DNA of 64,000 bases from Macrostomum lignano (Eukaryota). Position numbers and translations under genes: made by a program. Under the pieces are notes generated by a model. The model was not told where the DNA came from, ran no database searches, and saw nothing but the letters and a program-made list of their open reading frames with translations. Where the stretch lies: contig NIVC01002693.1 of assembly GCA_002269645.1 (NCBI GenBank), positions 62,001 to 126,000 on the forward strand, read 5' to 3'. This document shows positions 1 through 11,773 of the stretch, in pieces (position 1 is the first letter of the stretch; the number at the start of each line of letters is the position of its first letter).

Positions 1-24
1 TGTCCAGAAGGGGTGACTCCGGTG

Positions 25-602
25 AGTCAGTGAGGGGAACAAACAGAGTGCAAACAAGCATAGTCAGTGGGAGCGGCAGACCATATGGCCAGGGCTGCGG
101 AGCGATCCCCAGCCCAGGCCATCACACAAAGTTCGGCCAGCAGCTCTCCAATCTTGCGATTGTAGTCAAGCTAGCCAAGGACGTCAGTCAGGAGACCATC
201 AGTGCGTCCAGTAGTCGCGGGGAGTTTTTCCTTGATCAGCTTTTGCAGGATGACCAATTTAGCCGCGATCCACTGACCAGCAGAGATACTGGACAGCTTC
301 GGCTCCTGCTTTCTGAATACGAGGGAGCCTGCATAGGAACACCCACCCCTTATGCAGAACTTCTCCTCAGAATGTGTGTCGGTAAAGCAAAGTTGGCGGG
401 CAGCGGCGGCGTTCTCAATACCGGCGAAGAATTGTGACGCAGTTTTTCCTGCGCTTCTCTGCCGGCCAGGTTCAGCGCCAGGCGCCTCTTGCGCCCCCGC
501 CAGTGTCCGAACGGCTGCTGTGATTGACCGGACGGCGTTGTCAACTGCAGCCTGTATCCGCTCGTACGAAAGATGCGCAAAGGATTCTTTGGCTGCGGGC
601 CG
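25..602 (-). pseudogene. DIRS-like (tyrosine-recombinase retrotransposon) gag/ORF1 relic
   Basis: Stop-free minus frame 602-171 that is missing from the ORF track because it has no start codon: ...LSYERIQAAVDNAVRSITAAVRTLAG...LVFRKQEPKLSSISAGQWIAAKLVILQKLIKEK...LTDVLG*. It continues LDYNRKIGELL and, after a shift, GLGWGS. This resembles the KPKL..QW.AAN..I / YL.Y..KI.EL / F.WG pattern I recall for DIRS gag. Confidence 0.5.
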
Positions 603-1287
603 TCAGTTTCTCCGAGAAAGCTCGAGAGACAGGTAGAGAGAGGGGGAGAGTGATAGAGGAAGGGAGGGAGAGAGAGAGGTAGAGAGGAGGAGATAGATGT
701 AGATAGGTAGATAGATGTAGAGAGAGATCGCAAAAACGATGGGACTTTAGTTGAACTCAAAGGTTTTGTGCAGGCTATTTTCTGTGTGCCGTTTAAACAG
801 TTTTTTCTGCAAGCCACGCAGCAGTTTCAATACACAGCAGCGAGTGCGGTTACTGTAAGTTTTAGCATAGATAATTGCTACATTGTGCTTGGGTTCGTGA
901 TGACATGTGAAGTCACAGCCAAATGTGACCGCCGCCTCCAACATCCGAGCGCCGGTAGATACTCACAGTTTTGATATTCAAAGTGAGCATGAAAATTTCT
1001 GCACTAAAATCGGCTCCATCGTGCAACCCAGTGAGTAACAATTCATACTTATGCGTACATTCGCATGTACACGAAATACCAGCGGTGTGACTGCACGACT
1101 CACCCGTATCATCCAAATCTTTGGATCGGCATTCGGACACATTACTGTTCGACCCCTGCATGACATTTACAGTTCCGGCAAGCTCAGGTTGTAACAAAGT
1201 CAACCAACTTTTAAAATCGCATTCGAAACTTCCGAAAATGCAGCTACCAGTGTTGTTTCACAGCTTGCTGCTACACCTTTTTGCGTT
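343..1287. repeat. Segment A, copy 1 of 3 (cassette marker)
   Basis: Near-identical to 31231-32171 and 62358-63303; the same ORF translations recur in the track (MQNFSSECVSVKQ..., MLEAAVTFGCDF...). Confidence 0.95.
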
Positions 1288-1291
1288 CTAT

Positions 1292-1676
1292 TTCGGCAAA
1301 CTGGCTTTCATCTTCGGCAAACTGGCTTTCATCTTCGGCAAACTGGCTTTCATCTTCGGCAAACTGGCTTTCATCTTCGGCAAACTGGCTTTCATCTTCG
1401 GCAAACTGGCTTTCATCTTCGGCAAACTGGCTTTCATCTTCGGCAAACTGGCTTTCATCTTCGTCAAACTGGCTTTCATCTTCGGCAAACTGGCTTTCAT
1501 CTTCGGCAAACTGGCTTTCATCTTCGGCAAACTGGCTTTCATCTTCGGCAAACTGGCTTTCATCTTCGGCAAACTGGCTTTCATCTTCGGCAAACTGGCT
1601 TTCATCTTCGGCAAACTGGCTTTCATCTTCGGCAAACTGGCTTTCATCTTCGGCAAACTGGCTTTCATCTTCGGCA
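1292..1676. repeat. 21-bp tandem repeat (TTCGGCAAACTGGCTTTCATC) x18, followed by diverged ~21-bp units to ~1855
   Basis: Direct reading; 378 bp / 21 = 18 units. Confidence 0.97.
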
Positions 1677-1892
1677 TCAGCTTTGGCCGCACATCCAAAC
1701 TGCATTCGAATTCGACAAACCGAGAAACGATTCGGCAAATTGCACTCAATTTCGACAACTCGAGTTTCTATTTAGACAAACTGATATTCAAATTCGACAA
1801 ACCGCATTCAATTTCGACATCGTATATTCAATTTCGGCAAACTGCACTCAATTTGAAGACAGAAGAGTGGGATTTCTTAGGGTCTGCACAAG

Positions 1893-2090
1893 TACTGCAT
1901 CTGGAGTGCAGTTAAGGTGTAATTGAACGCGCAAACAACTCCTTGGTAATTCCCCTCACGTAGCTCTGGTAGTGCACAAGTCCAGCCTATGGAGACATTG
2001 CCAGGCAGATTGCAGCTATTGCTTGCTGATGAGTGCACCGGTTTTTGCGCGTTCAATTACATACACCTTAACTGCACTCCAAATGCTGTA
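1893..2090. mobile_element. Small fold-back / MITE-like element
   Basis: 1893-1935 (TACTGCATCTGGAGTGCAGTTAAGGTGTAATTGAACGCGCAAA) is the reverse complement of 2044-2090 apart from 2 mismatches and a 4-bp indel. No TSD found. Confidence 0.6.
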
Positions 2091-2658
2091 TGTATTAAAC
2101 TTGCAATTACAGGGGTCTCGCCTTTCGGCCCCAGCATTGGACCAGCCTCCGCCACACGCTGCAACTCATTCTAGGTTAGCACCGCTGTTGCTAGCCTAAC
2201 GTCCCCAGCCTCTGTGCAGGAGCTTCCACCCGGCTCTTCGACCTACCATATTATTTAGTCGGAAGCCCGATTTGAGAGATCTGGTTTGATGAACCAGTTC
2301 GGACGGGTTGGCGATTGCAGGTTATACATGTAGTTAATCCTCGGATTAGCTAATCTCTGTCCTTTTAAAGTTTCCCTGCTTGTCTCTCGCTGTCCCTTTT
2401 TATAGATATGGGACCTAGACTGCTCGCCCACTGATCAAGCTACCTAGCTATGGGCAGACCATCTGACAGGAGTGGGAGGCCAGAACTCTGATTGATTCTT
2501 TTCTGAGGCCTGAGGCCCTGAATTGCTTTTATGCTGAAAAGGCCGAAACCCATCATTTCCATGAAACCGCATTATTATTTTAACGTGAAAATTATAGTCA
2601 TTTTCTTGTAAGCGTGTGTGCCAGTCTTGGAGGTACATGTACAATGTATGACTCGTAG

Positions 2659-3035
2659 CCTTGACTTACGTGTACTTAAACTTAATTACTTGTAGTTGCA
2701 GGGGGCTCCATCCGGATGCAGCAGAGAGGCGTCGCCGCCCTCCGGTCCGGAAAGGATCGAGTTCATGCCGGCGAAAGAGGTGGAGGGCGCAGCACTTATG
2801 ATGGCTCGACAAGGGCTGCACTCTGTTTAAGGCTGCAAGAACTCCCTTGACTTGTAGGTCAATATTCCAGATAAAGCCGGCGAAAGGGATGGCCGGTCTT
2901 ACAACATGTAATAGCGGTCTGACTATAGCGGTGGTAGACCCACCAGAGACATTTTGGGGTCAAAGTTTGGGGCCTCAACTGGTGCCAACAACCCGACGCA
3001 ACTTCGCTAGCATCGCGGAAGCTTTTCTAGTTTTG
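2659..3035 (-). mobile_element. Short degenerate LOA/R1-group LINE relic (3' tail joined to post-RT fragment)
   Basis: Minus translation KTRKASAMLAKLRRVVG..VVRPAIPFAGFIWNIDLQVKGVLAALNRVQ..AIISAAPSTSFAGMNSIL parallels the element at 6613-6910. The tail TTGACTTAC..TAGTTGCAGGGGG matches 5337-5362. Confidence 0.75.
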
Positions 3036-5433
3036 GATTATAGACTCTAGGTTTCTAGTTTTAGTTTTGGTCGCTGTCGACAGCCAAAACCTCACCGGAA
3101 GGTTCCGGGTTGCAAGCGCGGCAGTCTCATTCTGCAGTGAGCCGGAGGGGTTGCGAGTTGTTTGCGTGTCGCTCTCGCTGCGCGTGTTCTCTCGAGGTGT
3201 GCCCTCAGAGAATTTTTGGATTCTAGAGCTCGCCTGATCAGACCCGATTTACGGGTGCCGCGAGTGGACCGGCGTTTTCCCGGAGCCGATTCCGCAGCGC
3301 GGACGGCTTTGCCGGGATTTGGGTCGACCGACTGCGTCTGCCGCTTTGCCGATGGTGCCTTGGCTCCAAAACCGGACGCAGTGCGCCTGCCGGTCTTGCC
3401 TCTGTTGTCATCCCGTTCTTGGCATTTCAGGATATTTATCTGATTAGCTAGTTAGCGATTTGTGCGGGAGCCGTTTGGAACACGCGTCGCCCAGGAGCAC
3501 TGTGTGTGGAACCTTCCACTCCTTTGCGGATAGTGCCATGGTGAACCAGCTGCCACTCTTCTCCTCCGGGAACTGCTTAATTGGCACGATGCACTGAAGC
3601 TGGTCGCCAGATCTGATAGCGCTAGCAGAGGGAACTCAGAAGCGGTATAGTGCTGAGATCGCGGGCGCTGGTCTTCAGTAGTAAATGCGATTTTGCCGAG
3701 ATTTAAAACATTTGAAACAGGGCAAGCGATCGTGAAGCACACGCGGCTGCTTTCTTAATTGGTTTTTGCCCCAAACGAAGATACAGCCATCTGCCTTTGC
3801 TGAGTTGACGACGTCAACGAAGTGTTCCTCCATGGACAGCTCGATCAGCTCAGCATCAACGATACGCCTAGCGTCGTTGAGTTTGCAATCCTCGCTGTAG
3901 ATGATGGCTGGAATTTTGGCCGTTGGAACTTGGAGGCGTAGATCCCCTAGCTTGGTCTTGGTGCTGGTGGCCAGCGGATTAACCGAGGCCCTAGTGTGCG
4001 TACTAGGCCTAGAGCCCTTGGTTGGAGCTGTACAGCCGCTCGGCGGGTTTCAGGGTTTCATCGAATACATGATGTTCAAGTAGCTGTATATTTATATTTA
4101 TACGAGAGCGCGTGTAATACAAGTACATGTAGATGTACAGTATATACGCGCAAATGTAATTACGAGTATTAGTGCATAATTAGTCAAGGTTTAAAACAGC
4201 CACCCTCTTCTGAGTCACTGCGCTCCTCATCAGAACAGAGCGCAAGTGTTTCGCGACCTGCATGGCTGCGTAGCACATCGGCAGTGCCCGCTTTTGTGCC
4301 CGTGGGAAGTCGGTCAAAGTCCTTCCCATTCAATGGCTGTGCATGTAGCCATAAATAGGGCCTGACGGGCACGGCCTGCTTCACATCACATTGTTAACTG
4401 TTAGTAAATTGGGTGCAGCTTGTTTGCTTTTAGGACAATTCCACTGCCCTTTTACTTTCCTCAGCGGAACATTTTGCTCGAGGCTCGCAAAAAGAATACA
4501 ATAGGAGAATGGCAAATTAATTTTTGGTGAATAAACTTTAAATTGGACCGAATTCAGCATGCTTAATCACGAGCAAATGAATTTATTTACAATGTTTCCG
4601 GTGTTAAAGTAGTTTTGGGGAAAAATTATTTCGTGTTTACACGGACCGCAAATTTAAGCCTAAAATTGACTAATAATGGTTCTTAAAGAATACTCAAAAC
4701 AGTAGGCCTAAAGCTATCAGTTTTAAGGTCAATATGGTTGTCTGTAAAAATGTTTTTTGAGATTGAAATGTTAGGCCTCAAGGCTTCAACTTATGTACTT
4801 CAGTAGTATGCTATAAATGCCTAGGCCTAAGGCCAAGCAAGGGCCTATAATGAACATAGTGAATGCATTTTCAATTTCATTTTCAATATTAACAATAGGC
4901 CCTAATACCATACTACTAGGTTTAATTTATGGCCAATAGGGCTTACAATATTGTCAATATAGTAGTTTCAATTTATATATTAACTATTCCAGCCTCCACT
5001 GGGCTTTCATTTTCAAAAAACTATAATGCCATAGGGCATAGTGGGCTTTTATAGGCCTCTAACTGTCAACCACTCCAATCTAGCCAGCTGGTAGGCAACT
5101 GGCCAGGCCAGTAAGCCCCACTTCCGTTAGCTACTACATAATCACACTGTACTGTATAGTATAGGCTACAACATGTAAAAGAATGTTAAAACACTAAACT
5201 GCTAAAATGTAATTGGTTGCTTTGAGCACGATTTAATCACATTTTTCTGAGCAGCTAAGCGAATTTATCATTGGAAAGTGGTCGGTCTACATCCACAGGA
5301 CTCGGACTCGGCCGGTGCACTGCGGCATTTCTGCCCTTGACTTACTTGACTTAGCTGCAGGGGGTTCCGTGCGTCCGGAAACAGCAAGGAGGCATTGCCG
5401 CCCATTTCTCTAACCCCTGGCGACCACGGGCAG

Positions 5434-7404
<1,971 letters not shown>

Positions 7405-7405
<1 letters not shown>

Positions 7406-8300
7406 GAACTACGACGCCATTGGCCGGTAGCTCCGGGTTGGTAGCCACTAGCAGGCGACGCAGCTCGTCGGCCTTGGTGATGCAGCTGCGAGCCGGAATC
7501 CAGGCACGGTGCCGGTGTGTCCGGGGTCGCTCGTCCTCCCTGTAGATAAACAGGTTTTGCAGCTCCGTACCCCAGTCGAAGGCTTTCAGCATCTCGAGGA
7601 GCTGCTGCCCAGACTGGCTGTCGGCGGGCTGGATATGGAGGGCTTGGTCCTCGACTTTCGTCTTTTGGACTCGAATAGTAGTGCCGCTCAAGGCCATCTT
7701 GACCAGGTGGGAGTCCAACCTGCGCCAGATTTGGTCGAGCTGTTCAGCCGTAAGAGGCATCTCCTGGCCTTGAATGATCAGGGCCGGCTGCCTCTTGGCC
7801 ATAGCCGCATAGGTGCGCTTCGGCTTGTGGTTTGGCCAGCACCCACCGCTTTGGATCCCTCCACGGCCGTGGGAGCTTCCACACGGGCAGAGGGACCGTC
7901 ACGGGAGGGGCCAGCCGCACCAGGAGCTTCGGCGACACCTGACGCATCTGACCGGCGCGCGGGGTCCACCCCCTTGTCGGATGTCGGCTCCTCCGCGGGA
8001 TTTGCAGAGTTACCGGCACCCTCCTCGGAGGCGGCCGGAGGGGCGGCTTTCGCACTCCTCCGTTCCTCCGCTTTGCGCTGGAGAAAAGCTTTGTAGCGAG
8101 CAATGCTACGGGCCTTCTTCTTAGAGGGCTGAGGTCCGCTGTCCTGTTGTCCAGCCACTCCGGTATTGTCCTGAGCGGCGGCAGGGGCTGACTGGGAGGC
8201 ACCGGGGGTTCCGGTGTTGCGAATATCCGGCTGGACCGCGGTACCAACCTCGGTTGGTGCTCCAGCAGCCTCGGACGTGTGGATGTAAATGAATGAGTCG
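7405..8300 (-). pseudogene. ORF1 of the LOA element (DUF4780-like C-terminal part), frameshifted near 7810 and truncated at ~7405
   Basis: ORFs 7778-8158 and 6933-7802. The basic stretch KKKARSIARYKAFLQRK, TYAAMAK and AWIP..ELRRLLVATNPELP resemble LOA ORF1 proteins. No ATG found. Confidence 0.55.
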
Positions 8301-8859
8301 CTGAAAGGCGAATGGGGACTAAAGGTGAAAAGCCGCTGGGCCGTAGCCCCAAACCCACCAGCCAGGCCAAGAGGTAGCGACCGGGGGGTGGCTTAAGCCC
8401 TTACCGGCCCGACCGCTAGCAACCGAGAAACTCCCCGGCTAAGGGCCCGGCTTGGAAAAACCAGAGGCCGAACCAAAGGTCCATCAGCGCGGTACTACAC
8501 TGGGCCCTTTAGGGGGACAAGAGACCGTCCCCGGAACTTGCGGACTGGCCGCATACCCTGTTAAGGTCAGAGGGTGATACCTGTTCCTCAGAGCCGTGGC
8601 CAGAGGTACCTGATACGCACAGGTTCACTTCCAGGCGGGGCCCGTACCCAAATTGGCCAGCAGGCCACAGATGGGTTGCCGCCGCCGGAGCCCAGTCAGT
8701 CCAGCAGCCCTAGAGCTGCCTTGAACACATGCGGGGCGTGAACCCCTGGGAAACAACTAATAATCTTGATCTCAATCATATGATTCCTATTCATGATCCC
8801 CAATCATTTTTCCCAATCATGATTTCCATTCTTGATTCTCGATCCTAATCATCAGCCAT

Positions 8860-9510
8860 GATTTCCTATCCTGATACCCAATCCTGATCCCCAATCCTGA
8901 TCCCCGATCCTGATCCCCATTAAGTGATTGCCAATCCTGATCCCCAATCCTGATCCTCCGTGCTCATCCCCAATCCTGATCGCCAATCCTGATCCCCAAT
9001 CCTGATCCCCAATCCTGATCCCCAATTCTGATCCCCAATCCTGATCCCCAATCCTGATTCCCGATCCTGATCCCCGATCCTGATCCCCAATCCTGATACC
9101 CAATCCTGATCCCCAATCCTGATCCCCAATCCTGATCCCCGATCCTAATCCTTAATCCTGATCCGCAAACCTGATCCCCAATCCTGATCCCTAATCCTGA
9201 TCCCCAATCCTGATCCTCAGTGCTCATCTCCACCTGATCCCCAATCCTGATCTCCAATCCTGATCCCCAATCCTGATCCCCAATCCTGATCCTCAGTGCT
9301 CATCTCCACCTGATCCCCAATCCTGATCCTCAGTGGTCATCCCCATCTGATCCCCAATCCTGATCCCCAATCCTGATCCCCTATCCTGATCCTCAGTGCT
9401 CATCCCCATCTGATCCCCAATCCTGATCCCCAATCCTGATCCCCAATCCTGATCCCCAATCCTGATCCCCAATCCTGATCCCCAATCCTGATCCGCAGTG
9501 CTCATCCCCA
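8860..9510. repeat. 13-bp satellite (AATCCTGATCCCC)n, degenerate back to ~8760
   Basis: Direct reading; 13-aa periodicity (GIRIGDQDWGSGL) equals 3 x 13 nt. Confidence 0.95.
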
Positions 9511-10322
9511 ATCTTGATCAGCAATCCTGAACCCTAAAAATTCTAATTCCCGATTCTGAGCGCAGGGAATATTCATGAAATTTTTGCTTTAGCGAGTCAA
9601 GTACATGAAATACATGTGGGGAACCTTGACTGATATCGTATCTACACGTAACAGACACCCGCATTCCCGACCTGCAGCCCTTTATCGAATGCACCCACCA
9701 AGACAGCTCTCAGGAGCAAGAATGGCAAGCAGTATGTGCAGCATTATTATTTTCAAATTTGCGCTTTAAAACGGTGCAACTGTGCTTTAAAACTGTGCAC
9801 TGCTGTCATTTTAACTGACCATTCAAGCGATGCCTTTGGGGTCCCCCATAGCATTCCGTGTCCGAGCTCGATTCCACCTCTGTGAGGTTGGGGTCTGAGC
9901 TGCCTAGCAACAGCATAGGGGGCCAGAGCTGTCTCTATGCTCAAGACCGTATGAGTGCAGTGGCAGCCCTTTACCTGTCCCAGCATCTGAAAACAGTTCA
10001 GCTCAATTTAATACAGTAGCTTCATCAGGCTGGGTGCACAGAGGCGGGCATGGATGCTGAGCTCGCTATTGTTCTCCATCTGCTTGCAGCCCTCTCTGTC
10101 TGCCTTCTTTTCTGCCTTTCTTCGTTTCGAGCTTTTCTATAAGAGATGCAGAAGGGGCCTCTTGGAGCGCCTCAGCTCACATCGGCCTCAGGCAGACTCG
10201 AGAATTTTCTTCGACTGCATTGGCTTTTTGGAGCAGAGAAGCTACAGAAGCTACAGGCATAACTTTACTGTTTTGCTTCTGAATCCTCACAGCACAGTTC
10301 ACAAAGAGTAACCGGTGAGTGC

Positions 10323-11117
10323 CTGTCTGAGTGTCTGTCTGTCTGTCTGCCTGTCTGTCTGTCTGTCTGTTTTGGTGTCTAACCGCTTGTATGTCTGTCT
10401 GTCTGTCTGTTTTGGTGTCTGACAGCTAGCATGTCTGTCTGTCTGTCTGTCTGTTTTGGTGTCTGACAGCTAGCATGTCTGTCTGTCTGTCTGTCTGTTT
10501 TGGTGTCTGACCGATAGCATGTCTGTCTGTCTGTCTGTCTGTTTCGGTGTCTGACAGCTAGCATGTCTGTCTGTCTGTCTGTCTGTTTTGGTGTCTGACA
10601 GCTAGCATGTCTGTCTGTCTGTCTGTCTGTTTTGGTGTCTGACCGCTAGCATGTCTGTCTGTCTGTCTGTCTGTTTCGGTGTCTGACCGCTAGCATGTCT
10701 GTCTGTCTGTCTGTCTGTCTGAGTGTCTGTTTCGGTGTCTGACCGCTTGCATGTCTGTCTGTCTGTCTGTCTTCCTGTCTGAGTGTCTGTTTCGGTGTCC
10801 GACCGCTTGCATGTCTGTCTGTCTTAGTGTCTGTTTCGGTGTCCGACCGCTTGCATGTCTGTCTGTCTTAGTGTCTGTCTGTCTGTCTTAGTGTCTGTCT
10901 GTCTGTCTTAGTGTCTGTCTGTCTGTCTTAGTGTCTGTCGGTCTTAGTGTCTGTTTGTCTGTCTGTCTTAGTGTCTGTCTGTCTGTCTGTCTGTCTTAGT
11001 GTCTGTCTGTCTGTCTGTTTTGGTGTCTGACCGCTAGCATGTTTGTCTGTCTGTCTCTCTCTGTCTGTCTGTCTTAGTGTCTGTCTGTCTTAGTGTCTGT
11101 CTGTCTGTCTGTCTTAG

Positions 11118-11181
<64 letters not shown>

Positions 11182-11465
11182 GGTCTGTCTGTCTGTCTCA
11201 GTGTCTGTCTGTCTTAGTGTCTGTCTGTCTGTCTGTCTTAGTGACTGTCTGTCTGTCTTAGTGTCTGTCTGTCTTAGTGTCTGTCTGTCTTAGTGTCTGT
11301 CTGTCTGTCTGTCTTAGTGTCTGTTTGTCTGTCTGTCTGTCTGTTTTGGTGTCTGACCGCTTGCATGTTTGTCTGTCTGTCTGTCTGTCTGTCTTAGTGT
11401 CTGTCTGTCTGTCTTAGTGTCTGTCTGTCTTTCTGTCTTAGTGTCTGTCTGTCTGTCTGTCTTAG

Positions 11466-11558
<93 letters not shown>

Positions 11559-11640
11559 TTCTGTCTGTCTGTCTGTCTGTCTGTCTGTGTGTCTGTCTGT
11601 CTGCTGTCGTAGTGTCTGTATGTCTGTCTGTCTGTCTGTT
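10323..11640. repeat. Interrupted (GTCT)n microsatellite in a probable 5'-UTR intron
   Basis: GTCT runs are interspersed with TTTTGGTGTCTGACCGCTAGCAT and TTAGT. A donor CCG|GTGAGT lies at 10315 and an acceptor TTCTCAG ends at 11679. Confidence 0.9.
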
Positions 11641-11773
11641 GTACACCACCGTCATTTTAAGTCCCTCCTCCATTCTCAGACGCATCTCAAACTCAGCGCA
11701 GCACATCAGCTCTGTCAGCACCTCGGCAGCGACTCAGCCGCCCTTGAGCAGCCGAAGGCACTCGAGCAGCTCC

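Noticed and set aside
1121-1915. Long ORFs in several frames over the 21-bp repeat (AEDESQF, KMKASLP, GKLAFIF), also at 63304-63999
   Set aside because: They result from a stop-poor 21-mer; there is no unique coding context.
4700-5170. Recurrent TAGGCC(TA) motifs in AT-rich DNA
   Set aside because: Irregular spacing and no defined unit; treated as low-complexity sequence.
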